Positions 50,914 through 63,348 of a DNA stretch of 64,000 bases are shown in pieces. The notes under the pieces were generated by a model. It was not told where the DNA came from. It did no database searches and saw only the letters and a list, made by a program, of their open reading frames with translations. Positions within the stretch are counted from its first letter, which is position 1. The number at the start of each line of letters is the position of its first letter. The DNA is from Thalia democratica (taxonomy: Eukaryota): positions 21,018,001 to 21,082,000 of the forward strand of contig OZ241829.1 of assembly GCA_965202585.1 (NCBI GenBank), in the 5' to 3' direction. Position numbers and translations under genes: made by a program.

Positions 50914-52088
50914 TTATAAATGAAAGAACATTAAGAAGTTATGAATGTAGTTCTTTCTAGGTGTTTTTTTTCTAAAACTAAATTTTGTACAAGTACTTAT
51001 TCATGTTCCAAAACTTCGATATCAACGATTGTATTTTCAGAATAAAACGCATTTCTTTGAAATACACTTTTCAAAAGCCTACATCTTAACTCGGGAACGG
51101 GTCAAAATTGCACGAAATTACTAATTTGCACGAGGATACAAAAATTAACGAGGGGAGAAAATTGCACGAAGACAATTTTGCACCAAGGGTAAATTTTTGA
51201 CAAGTTACAATTTTGCACGTAGAGTCATTTTTTGCACGAAAGTAAAAAAATTTATAAAAATATATAAAAAGAAACAGAAAAAACCGATAAAAAAAACTAA
51301 AACATAAAAAAATACTGACTTCGGGTAACGGTTAGGGGTAACAATGATACTAAAGATGAAACTAAAATAAAAGTAATTAAAATTAAGAAAAAATTAAAAA
51401 AAAGAGAAAAATTCAACCCTTGCAAAAATTTCTACGTGCAAAAGTGACCCTTCGTGCAAAAGTGTCATCGTCGAAAATTATTTACGTGCAATTTTGTGCC
51501 CTCTCGCAAATTTGACAGCTACCCTCTACCTTAGCTTTCTACTTTTTATTTTTAAGTTCAAGATTTATAAAAATCAAGGGTGTTCGAGTAAAAATAAAAA
51601 AATTAAAAGTAGTTCAATAAATTAAAATCTTTTCAAAGTATTTACAGAACTGTTTTAAGCATACCTAAGATATACAATTTGAAAGTATGTCCAAAAAGTG
51701 TTGAAATAAATTCCTTAGCTAGTAATTATAGTTTTTATCAAAGTATGTTTTTGTTTTAAAAGATGACAACTAAATATTATCACGTTTTAAGCGAAAAATA
51801 AACTATTAAAAAATTTGATTTTGTTTTAAGTTATAAGTAAACAAAATTAGAGTTTCTGTTTAAAATAAACCGTTCTTTTTAGCACATTGCTTTGTCTGCT
51901 CACACGTCTGTTCTAACTAGCTTAACTAGATTGTGTTATTATAATATTCATAAGCCAAATTAGTAGTAATCAATCACATTTATTTGAATTTAAGTTTATG
52001 ATGACAATTAACTTAATTCACATATGAATAAATGCAAAGTGAATTTATACGTATCAGTTGAATATAGTGAGTCAGGAGTAAAAAATAA

Positions 52089-52433
52089 ATGGCTAATTTG
52101 AATGAAAGTGCAGTGCAAGTCAAAGTCGAACTTAATGTATGTCCAGGTTTTGGTGTGTCAAATTTCATCACCTCACGCCTTCGAGATTTAGATACAAGAG
52201 AAGTTCCATTTGATATTTTCAGACAATTCAGTCAACATTTCTTCTACGACCACAATTGCTACTCGTTCTTCAAACTTGGCGTGGATCATTTTACCAGAGT
52301 TGTAACACCCAGATTTGTCGTGTTGAACTTGAGCAACGAAGTCTTGTTTACCTTCAGGGAAATGGTTATGAGTTTGAACATCTTCTACGTTATGGATGTT
52401 GCAGCAAGGTTTTATGAGAGAGAAGTCGATTAG
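52089..52433 (+). CDS. Orphan family X member X1 (right), 114 aa
   Basis: Near-identical to 2043-2411 but ends at TAG after EREVD, the stop position shared by most paralogs. Confidence 0.72.
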   Translation: MANLNESAVQVKVELNVCPGFGVSNFITSRLRDLDTREVPFDIFRQFSQHFFYDHNCYSFFKLGVDHFTRVVTPRFVVLNLSNEVLFTFREMVMSLNIFYVMDVAARFYEREVD

Positions 52434-55400
52434 AAGTGTTTTGTAGATTTTATCTGAAGATGTTCTGAAGCTTTTCGGTGATGAAAACTTTGCAAGTGAT
52501 TTGAATGCTTCAATTTTTTTATTTGGATTTGTCTTATGTGCCGCAGTTTTATTTGGTAAGTCTTTAATGTAATTTTATACTGATTTTGTTAAAGTTTAAA
52601 AAAAATAAATTTTAATATTTACAGCCGGGATATGTTTATGTGATTCATATGTTTCTCCTCAATTTATTATGTCAAGTATACAAAATTATTATAAATGCAT
52701 TTATTACTATACTTTAATTTGTATTTTTTTTTGTATAAGTCATCTTGTTATACTTCTGTTTTATGTACTTATATACGTGCTTTTAAATAAATATTTTCTT
52801 GTAATATTTTCTTACCAAAGTAATTCTCCTTCTGCTTACATGTGCTTTATAATATACTTAATTGTAAAATAAAAGTAATACAAAAACAGAAATAGTCCAA
52901 CCTATCTCATTTTAAATTTTATAAACTATCATTTATAAACTATAAAGTAATTAGTACGAAATAAGGTTTAAGTCAATAAAGAAGCTTAAATAATAAAGAT
53001 TTTACCTTAGTTATCCGTTAAGAATAATTACAATTTTTACTCACTATTTGTGTTTTTTTATCCACAGTTTTTAACCAACTTAAATTTTGTTTATTTTCAG
53101 TACTTTATGGATAAAGTAAATCATTTAACTGTAATTACACAAACGTTTTATAAACAATATTCTTGTAATTTTCAAAGTGTTTATGGTTTGATATTATTTT
53201 ACATAAGCATTTAATTTTAAACTTATGAAATGTATATGAAGTTACAATTTTAAGTTCAAATAAATAGAAATTGAAGCAAATGTTATAAAATGTACGGAAA
53301 GTAAAATAAAACTTGATTGACTTTAATTCAAGCATTTAGAAGAATCAAGTTATAATTTTATACTATAACTCAATTAAATCAACTTGATAATTTAGCATTT
53401 CAAAATTACTTTTTACTGTTTTTTATTTTAAGTATAAGTTATCCAAGAAAAAGGAAAGATGACAATGTAAATTAGTTTGTACCATCAGAATATTAAGCTA
53501 TTTAATTTTGTAAAAAAAATCATATTTGTACTACATGCAATAAGGTGATGAAGTAAGTTCTAATTGTTCAAGTAAACTATCTGAAAAAAAAAAAAAAAGT
53601 TTTTAATAAAAAAGGACTAGTAAATAAAAGCATATATCAATGTTTTATAATTCACTAAGAATAAAATAAATTCATGTTGAAATAAAGATATATTCATTTT
53701 AAAATGTTACTCTCAATTTTGTTTACTCTTAAAACAAACTGTTAGAACAACCTGTATAAAAGATTACAATAACGTACTTTTATTTTTTAATAAAACAAAA
53801 GTTAAATTTGCTGTTTGTAAAGATTGTAATTCCAATTTAATATGTTATTTAGTAATATAAGCCGGCAGTGATGTTAATTAAGTTATATTAGTAGTTATAG
53901 TACGGTAAAATTATATTTAAACTAGTATATAAAGTCGATTAGTTCAAACTTCAGTTTTTATACTAGAATTTTTTTAAAGTTTTTAAAAACTTATAAAATC
54001 ATGCTGATGATTTATGATTTTTTATGACAAACTAAGAATTTCAGCATCTCATAAATTTTTTATGATATTTCATTAAAAAATGTAAAAGTTCTCATTAATT
54101 TTTGCTTTTACTTTAATTAAAGATATTTATCAGATTGCTTGTAAATTGATTATTTACAGCAAACTTTGTATTATCATGTTAAAAATGTAATTATATATGT
54201 AGCTGTTATCTAAAACAAGAAAAAAAACGACAAAAGTAATTTGTGTAAATAAAAATCATATAAAAATATAAGTTGAATTTAAACTTTTTAATTTTAAGTT
54301 AAAAATTTAGCAGTAATTTTATTTAAACTGTCAAGTACTTTAAATGTGTTAATTAAAATGTTTTGCTTTTAGATTCGATTATTTTTATATGAGCAAAAAT
54401 AAATTAAATTTTTATAATAAGACAATAAGTTGGCAGCAACAATTAAACCATAACTTTTTTTTAACTTTTATTACTATTAAGTAGATTTTAACATAGATTA
54501 ATTACAGGTCTTAACAAAATAGTAAATATAAAAATAAAGTTTTTATTGTTCATAATTGATTATAAATTCTACTTGTAAAACTATTTAAAACCTTTGACCC
54601 TTATATTAAACTCAAACAATTTTAGTTTATAATTAATTGTTTAATAAAGCTAATTGATTGATTTATCTACTACTTTTGGGTTTTATACATAAAATTTACA
54701 TATAAAATAACATGTTTTTAGCATTGAATTGCTAAATAACAAGACTAAAAATTAATCATCTGACCTAAATTATTTAGAACATTCGATTTGTATATAATGT
54801 TTTGGTTCTAACATTAATATAAGGTTTGATAATTTTAATTCCATCATCAGACCACAAGCTCTCGGTAGACTGAGACCGGTTGTAATATTAATGTATAGTT
54901 TAATTTGTACGGTTTATAAGAGAGGTTAAATTTTAATACACGTAGTTTAAATTCATGTACATCGAAAATGTTAAATTAAACAACTGTTAGAATGTTAAAA
55001 CATAGCTGTCTCAAAGATTATAATTATTATTCTTGGTAAAAAATATATCATATATATACATTCAAATTATATTAAAAAAAATACTTTATCTGAAAATTAA
55101 AAACAAACGTACAGAAAGAGCTAAACGCTTTAAGTATGTACTAAACATATCGAAAAACTCAAATAAATAAATAAACCTTTCGTTCTAAGTTTTAGGTTTA
55201 TGGTTCTTGTATTAAAAATCATTTAAAATATGGTATTCGATAAAGAACAAAGATTTCATAACGAATTGGAAATAACTTAAGTTAATTAATCTTTCTAGAT
55301 TTGAAACTTTGTAAAAATAAATAGTCTGTTTAACATCTACTACTTGTTGGTAAAAAGCACAAAATTAAGTTTTTATGATTAAAGTAGTACAAAAAACATT

Positions 55401-55824
55401 GATTAAGTTTATATTAAAAACACTTTGTACTCAGAATGCAACATAAGCTTATTTTTTATAAAATTTAAATTGGCTGAAAATAAAGAAACATTTTTCTAGG
55501 TTTTTGAACGTATGTATCATTTTGAAACTAACTAATCTACTTTTTTTGTCTTTGTTTTATTGCTTTCAAATTTCATTTCATAGCTTAATAGTTTAAATAT
55601 ATAATTATTTTTAACAGTCTAAAAATACAAATTTGTTTTTATAGAATAAAATAGTTTTGAAAACTAAATTATTATATCTATAGTTTATTGATTTTACCTA
55701 ATTTTTACACCTTAGTAAGTGTAGTAGCTAACATTTTATTACATGTTTCAAACCATATTTTAATATAACTATTCACTTAATTTTTTTTAAAGAAATCCTT
55801 ATAATTATATTCAAAGCTAGATTG

Positions 55825-56040
55825 ATTTTGACTAAGAATTTTTTTATTTTAATTGAATAAAAATATTAAGTTTTGCAAGAATGTTTTATTAGCAGTAAAA
55901 CAAATAACAGTTTTAAAAGATAAATAAAAGTTAAAAAGGAGAAAATAAAACATAAATTACAGCTTTGGAAAAATAAATAAAAAGTTATTTAAAAGAATAT
56001 GGGTATAAAAGTTATTCTGTTTTATCATAGTTTTAATAAT
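55825..56040 (+). repeat. ~215-bp direct repeat with 61528-61740
   Basis: gattttgactaa...ttttattagcagtaaaacaaataacag...tacagctttggaaaaataaataa...aaaagttattctgttt occurs at both sites, about 90% identical by eye. Confidence 0.8.
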
Positions 56041-57858
56041 TTCTCTAAAAGAGTTTAATGTAAGTTTTTAGGAAAAGTTATGTTTAGAGAAAGGTTATTA
56101 TCAATTGGAATAAATGCAAATTGTTTTAATGTGGTAAAAAGACTGAATTTAGTTTTACTTACTGATATAGTAATAAACAATTAATCAGTAATTTGCGATT
56201 AATCTATATAAGTTTTGGTTGTTCATAAAAGTATCTGATATAGTTTAAACGAGTTTTAAGTAAAATATTTATTTATTAATATTAATTTAAAAATCTATAA
56301 ACGCAAGACCATCCTTGATAATTACCATAGTTTACTCAAATTAAAGTTAAAAGTCTATTTATTTAAAACAAACTTGATCTAAGTTACTCTAACAAAACTT
56401 TTCAACAATAGTACTTTGTTTCGTTTTGTAGACATTTTTAACAGAGTTTTTTAGGCCATTGAACATTGTTGACTCAATCCTATTTTAAAATAATTAAATG
56501 TCAATTATAAGAAAGTTTTGTTAAGAGAAAATTATCATTCTTGAGAATACTTAAGTATTAAATTGTGAGGTAGAAATACAAAAACCTCTCGCTTATTTAC
56601 GCACATTGTGTCCACAGAGAAAGTGCATAAAGGTACGAGAGATCGTAAAGATACGAGAGGTACCAAATATAGTTACTATAATGGCTGTTTTTGGATATTG
56701 CTTCTAGTAAAAGCAGACTAGGGACTTTCCAACTTTTAACAATTTGTTTACTTTACTTATGAATATGAAAACAAAAGATGAAACTATAAATATTTCAAAA
56801 AAAAAAAAAATTTATATAAAATAATTTTATTAATCAAATTTATTAATTTTAATAATAAGTAGATTTTATCTTTATTTATATGTGACTTATTTGATACTTA
56901 ACATTCATATTCTATTCTACATGGCAATGTCAATTTTTAACTAAGCATATGCTTACAATTAAGAAATAAAGTGGTGTCTATATTAATACTTGTTTCTATA
57001 GGCTTTTACAAAATTATGCATTTGGTGCTGTAATATATTTCTTCTTTTGAACAAAATCTATAAAGTATAAGAAAAATTTTTAATAAAAATTGTTCATGTT
57101 ACTACAAAATTTTTTAAATTGTCCTTTGTCAACATAAGAATAAACTTGTCTTGTATTGTATCAAAAATATATTGGTGATTTTTTGAGTGGGAATTAAATT
57201 TCATGCCATAATAATTTAAGGAACTGAATTTTTTTTAAGGTATAAAAGGAGGAGTTTTAAGACACCCAAAGCTATGAAAGTCAAAGCAATTGCGTTCAGT
57301 AGGTTCCTTATGGAAAGCACAAACTAAAAATGCAAAAACTAATAATTTCACTGAATAATATATAGTAAACCTAATGTGTGCAATATTAAAAAAATAGTTT
57401 TTAAAATTTTTAAACTTTTTAGAATTTTAAAATGGATTTTTAAACGAGAGTTCGTAAAGTCACGAGTGCTTAAAGATGCGAGATGTTACTGTGCTACCAA
57501 AAAAAATAATTTCTTTAATATTATACGGTAAATAAATCAGTTGAAACTAATCTATGTAACCCTTGCTTGTTCATTACAGTATCTTAAATAGTTTTTAGTA
57601 CAACTTTCGACTTTAAATAAATATATATATATTTTTTTAATAAATAACTTTAACGAATTGTTCCAGCTAGTTTAAGTCATGGAAATATTTCTTGGTCACT
57701 TCCTTGATATGGGACTATTAAAATACTATAGTGAGTAACAAAGTCAACTGTAGAAAACTATCTGAGTTTATTAATCGATAAAAACATATAACAGACCAAT
57801 AAACTAATTAACAGAAACATCTAACTGCAACAGTTGTTTACTCTTTAAAATTCAAAGT

Positions 57859-58862
57859 TTAACTGGAATCGTGTTGATGTCGTGAAGCGTTCTTTTTCCT
57901 TCTCTTTTCCTTTTCCTCCTGATGATCCACTATCTTTTGGATCAGCTCTCGACACTTTGTGACCTGCTCGCGCTGCCCTGAGATGTCAAAGACGGCGACA
58001 TTGCTTCCTGGTTGGGTCACGTCAGTTACCGTTGTACCGGACTTTTTACAGATGTCTCTGATCCTCTCCTGTTCGTGGCCGATGACGAATCCCGCCAAGT
58101 CGATCGGCACCTTTTGCTGCTCGGTGACCAGTTTAATTTTTCGCCATTGGTTGCTTCGAGGTGGTGCAATTTTTTGGCTTTCATCTTGTTCAGTGACCCG
58201 ACTATTTAGGTCTGGTCTAATCTCTTGGCTCTCATCTTGGTCAGTGACCTGATTTTGATCTTGTGCTTTCTTTTTGGCATCCTTAGCCAAAGAATAAAGC
58301 ACTATATTTTGGATCAGCTGCCGACATTTTGTGACCTGATCGCGCGTCCCTTGGACGTTAAAGACGGCAACATCACCGCCTTCTGAATAGGTCAAATCCG
58401 TGACCAGTGCTTTAGAGTCGGAGCAGATGCTTTTGATCCTATCCTGTCCGTGGCCGATGATGAATGGAGCCAAGTCGACCGGCACCACGTGCGGCTCGGT
58501 GACAATTTCGATGTTTGGCCGTTGGCTGTTTAGAGCTGGTGCTTTCTTTTGACTCTCGTCTTGTTCAGTGATGTGATTATTTTGATTTTGAGCTATTGTT
58601 TTGGCTTTCCCAGTCCTCAGTCGCTCCACCAAGTCACTGGATATCGTCTTGTCCGCTCCTTCAATCCGCTCCCCACTTCCTCCTGCGATGACGACATCAC
58701 TCCCTTCCGTGCTTGGAGTGGGTGACAATATTTCACACCGAAATTCCTCCATTGTTTTCGCGATCTCTTCACGGTTAGGTCCGTCCGGAAGTCAATTACG
58801 CCATCGGGAACCCGGATGGTTTCGCTCAGGCCTTGGGTCTTGATTGTTTCGTTAGTTTGCAT
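57859..58862 (-). CDS. KH-repeat protein (2 clear KH plus 1 divergent N-terminal KH); 297-aa ORF 57859-58752, probably extended to ATG 58862 across a 1-nt frameshift at ~58793
   Basis: Two type-I KH-like units (VPVDLAPFIIGHGQDRIKSI...VFNVQGTRDQVTKCRQLI and VPIDLAGFVIGHEQERIRDI...VFDISGQREQVTKCRELI), repeated V/IT(E/D)QDESQ linkers, a basic C-terminus, and GC-rich coding composition. Confidence 0.8.
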
Positions 58863-60681
58863 TTCGACGTGGATTAGATTTAAAAGATCTAAAAAATATA
58901 TGTTTGATTACTAAGAAGTTCAATATTAAATAATGGCTACAAACTAACTATAAAATAAAAAGCTTCAAGGCTCACATTTTTCAATTACTTAGATATATTA
59001 GCTAAAGTGAATTTAGTCTTTGAATTAAAAATCAATAAGTCTAAAAAATTGCTTTTACTATATTGAATTTTTATCTAAATTTTCTATTAGCCAACTATTT
59101 CTTCACAAGTTTAACAGCTTTTTTACATTACTAAGAGGTTTAAATTATCTCTTTTAACTTGCTTTAAAATATTAACTACAAAATTTATCTAAATTATTGC
59201 TAAAATTATTTAAATTATTTAAAAGTATATTATTTTAGTTTCACAGTTAAAATCAAGTTCATACAAATAGTGTTCATTTTGTTTCAAACTAGTTACTAAG
59301 GTTCTCAAGCAACTAGATAAAAATACTGCAAACTAATTAAAAATATGATTTTGGTATCTTAAAAGTATAATAGACTGCTTTCAGGATAAGTTTTTTTACT
59401 GTTAAAGTAAGCTTGTTTTTATTTTAGGTCTCAATTATGTCGTTTCTACTAAATTTGATAACATAAAATATGATGACAAAAAGTATAGATATGTATATAA
59501 ATTGATTTAAATTATGAGTTTTACCAAAACTGTTTTCGAAATTAATGTGCCTAAACATTCACTATTTAAACAATTCAATTCTAATATTCTGAAAAAGATA
59601 ACATTTAAAAGTTAACAGTCATATACAGTAAAAAGGTTTAAGTGACTCATGTATATATTAAAGTAATATGTAAGACAGTTTAGAAAACGAATGCAGTTTT
59701 TGATAAATACCATTGTTATGTCTATATTCATTCACTACTCAGAATGAATTTGGTCAAAAACGAAATATTTTAAAAGGCTGTATATAGGTAAAAACAATCA
59801 TGACGTCATAAAATCCAAATTTGTGATCAAATATTAGTTGAGTTTATTACTGATCGTTTTCAATCAAAAGTCAAAGAGTTTTTACATTTTAGCACTGAGA
59901 TAGTTTTATTAAAAGTACTAACACGGTCGAAAACTGGCATTTTAAGGTTGCAATCGAAGACAATCAATGTTTAACTGCTAAAAAGATCAATAATTTTTAA
60001 AAAAATTATACGTTTAAGGTTTAAGTATTAAAATTCCGGTAACTTTATTGCGCTTTGTACTTATAGAGTATCATAAAAATATTCAATAGTATTTTTGTTT
60101 TAATTAGCGTTGTTAAGTTTTCTGTTTACCTTAAAAACATACTAGACTTTTTGAATTTTCTTACTATACAGGTATAAATAGTAAAATTTCAGTTTTATCT
60201 TCAGGTTAGTTTTTTACGAAATTAATTTAGCATTAGTATTTTAATGTTTATTAATGAACCTACTGTATAATGCTTATAAAAAACTTAAATTTGACTGTTG
60301 TATTGTGTTTAGTTAAAATGTGTTAACTACTAGCAATGGTTAAGTTGATACAGTTAACGTTTATGTTTAATATAAAATTAAATATATTGACAACAAATAA
60401 GTTACTAAATATATTTTTAAGGTTCGAAAAAGCTGTAACAATTGATGAAAAATTGGTTATTAATTATTTATTGAAAAATAAATTTGAAGTTATTACTTTT
60501 GTTTCACACTTATATAAAACCTAATTATTTTGTTTTCATAATTTATGCATTGTAAAGAAGAACAAGAATATTGCCAACAAATAAAAGTAAATCTTAAACT
60601 AGATGTGTTCACAACACAAGGTTTTCTAGAGAAATGATTCAAATGTGAAATAAAAATTCTTCCAAAATCTAATTCTATGGT

Positions 60682-60753
60682 TTACGTCACAAATAAAAAT
60701 ATAATTTACTTAATCGCGCGGTCATATAAGCCCGCCCTAAATTGTATGCAAAT
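60682..60753 (-). promoter_or_regulatory. Candidate promoter: octamer, GC box, TATA-like and CRE-like motifs
   Basis: On the minus strand: ATTTGCAT, GGGCGGG, TTATATGA, CCGCGCG and TGACGTAA, all within 72 bp of otherwise AT-rich DNA and pointing toward the KH gene. Confidence 0.35.
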
Positions 60754-61251
60754 TTTTCTTTTTCTTTTTATATAAAGTTTTAATAGCTGATATCTTTCGT
60801 TGGCTGGAACTTTTTTATTTCTTTAAATTATTTAAAAACTTTTTAAGAAAATCCGTCACAAGTTTATGAGCAAAAAAAAATCTAATCTCTTTTAAAAGTA
60901 AAGTTTTATTTTTTTCAAACGATAGTAACACTGTATTGTTATAATTTTATTGAGCTGTATATATAAACATTGTTTTTATTTCCGTCAACGCTTGTTTTTT
61001 TTTCAATTCAAGCTACAGATAAACAAAAAAGATATTTAAATTAAAATAATATTTTTTACTCTGCTCATCTTCTTATACATCTATCCTTACTAACTTTACT
61101 ATTATGTCTCATTTTAAGTTTCATAAGCCAAATTAGCAAAACAAATCCTAATGATTGTAACGCAAGTTTTTGAAAACAATTAGCTTAAATAACATATGAG
61201 TTAAAGTAAACTTGTTTGTAACAGTCGAATCCAGTGAGAAGTAAAAACAAA

Positions 61252-61475
61252 ACGCTGAATGCAAGCGTGGTGCAAGTTTTAGTGGAACCTTATCTCTCGA
61301 CGTGCGAAACTACATCACCGTAGCGACATTTGGAAACAAGGTCCATTTGACCTTTCAGAGATTTTTGTCAACATTTCTTCTGCGACCACAGTTGCTACCC
61401 GTTTTTCAAGCTTGGCTTGGGTTACTTGACCACTTTTCCAGAACCAATATTTGCGGTGTTATATTCGAACAAGAC
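61252..61475 (+). pseudogene. Family X paralog X4, degenerate, 3'-truncated, missed by the ORF track
   Basis: The repaired reading gives LNASVVQVLVE...NYITV-RHLETR...FCQHFFCDHSCYPFFKLGLGY. The family upstream motif CATATGAGTTAA is at ~61194. Confidence 0.75.
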
Positions 61476-63348
61476 TATTAACTTAAACTTTTTTAAAAAT
61501 TTATAACTTATAATTATATTCGGCAGATTTTGACTAACAAATCTTTTATTTTAATTGAATAACAATATTAAGTTTTACAAGAATGTTTTATTAGCAGTAA
61601 AACAAATAACAGCTTTCAAAGATAAATAAAAGTTAAAAAGTAGAAAATAAAACATGAAGTACAGCTTTGGAAAAATAAATAAATTGTTATTTAAAAGAAT
61701 ATTGATATAAAAGTTATTCTGTTTCATCATAATTTTATTAAAAGTTATTAAGAAAGATTGCTTAAAATGCAGTTATCAAAAGTTAAAAAAAAAAGTTTAT
61801 ATAATCAAAAGAAGATTTAATTTCGTGCTTTGATAGAAATTAAAACTTGAGGTTTAATTGATGTTTCTAAAGTTTTAAACAAAGTTCATAGCTAATTATA
61901 ACCAACATGAACTCAAAAAATAAAAATCAGACTAAATAATGTATAAATTTCTATAATAAGATTTTTGTTATCTCAAACTTTTTAGACAGATTATTTTATC
62001 AAACTTGACTTTTATAACAATATTTGTTTTAATAGTCATGTAATTTTAAAAATATATAAAGATAACATAAGTTAATCAATTTTTGTTTATACAAAAATCT
62101 GATTTAGGCCTTCGTTTATCTTTTGTTTCAAATGTATATAATTGTGGTAAATTATTTGCAAAACACAAAATAGTAAGTTCAACAAAAAACTAAAAATAAA
62201 ACATTTATACAAATTTGGTTTATACATATGAAACACAAACTAGAGCAAGAATTAAACTAACAAAGGTATGTGAAAGCTTTTGTACAAAAGAAGTCGTGAA
62301 AAAGGACTTTAAAAAGTACTGGCAAAAAAGACTGTGCATTAAACAACAAAACAGTCGGTGTAAAACAGGGTTAGTGAAAACGAATCTTAAAACGAGTTAG
62401 AAAATATTGTTTTTATTAAAACTTCTAATAGATTTGGCCAATCTACTAACATCAGTTTTTGTATTTACAAGTTTTTGAACCAGCAGTGAGTATTAAAAAC
62501 ACCCCAATTTAGATGAAAAATAAAAAATTAACATTAAACAAATAAAATTTCTACCAGTATAAGTCTACAAATTTAATCTTTCACCAATACCAACTAGACT
62601 ATAAGTGAAAATATTAAGTATTAAGTTAACTATGTGTTTCAACAACGTTTAAACTATTTACAAACTTAGTAGAAAATAAAAAATATATCTACTGTTCATT
62701 TTGCAGTAGATTAGATGTGACCCAAAACAGGAAGTAAAACAGCGAAAATATACATATGTACAAGATCTATTGCAAAATAGAAGGATTTTAAAATAGGGTC
62801 AAAGTAAGTTTTGCAATAGACTTATGGCTAAGATCCACCAACAAATGAAAGAAAAGTAAAAAAGAAAACTAAATAACAAGTAAAAACATAAATGTCAACA
62901 AAAATCTTTTTTTTTTAATAATATTTACATTTTAAGCGTAATAATTCATACTGCTTGAAACTATAAGATTGTGAAAACAACGTCGTAATTAAGTAAAAGG
63001 TTGATAATGCAGGTTCTGAACTAAAAATGTAAAGGAAGTTTTATTCAATTATATAGTCGCAAAGATTTTAATGGAATGGAACTCGTTTTGATTTTATTTT
63101 ATAATTTTTTTGAATAGTGGTAATAAAATAAATTAAGTTTTTGCCAAGAACTTCTTAAAACCTTCAAAAAGATTGTTTTTATTAGTTTGTTACTTAACAA
63201 AACAATAAGATCCCAATGTTAAATATTGTTGCTATGATAAATATGTCTTTATAAAAATACAAAACCATCATTTTGCATTAACCTTACACAGATTAACAAG
63301 GCAACCAGAAAAAAAACTATCAAAAATTCCCCTGAACCAAAACCCCCT

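Larger units (their letters stand above)
43739..54493. repeat. Right outer arm of the inverted duplication
   Basis: Diverged reverse complement of ~2-9900, sharing the same TE insertions and TSDs. Confidence 0.95.

Noticed and set aside
2043-52433. Alternative genetic code (TAG/TAA as Gln) suggested by TAG/CAG/AAG toggling in family X
   Set aside because: All serpins end with TAA exactly at the normal C-terminus and long ORFs contain no internal TAA or TAG.
57959-58843. Plus-strand ORFs over the KH gene, and 63320-63586 / 63466-63660 over the last exon
   Set aside because: Shadow frames of GC-rich coding sequence.
1164-62400. 60-90 aa Phe/Ile/Lys/Asn-rich ORFs (1164, 3075, 5203, 5789, 7701, 21660, 22381, 24463, 24944, 46357, 52669, 53135, 60336, 62215 and mirrors)
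   Set aside because: Low-complexity translations of AT-rich intergenic or MITE DNA, mostly with non-ATG starts. Their recurrence only reflects the duplication.
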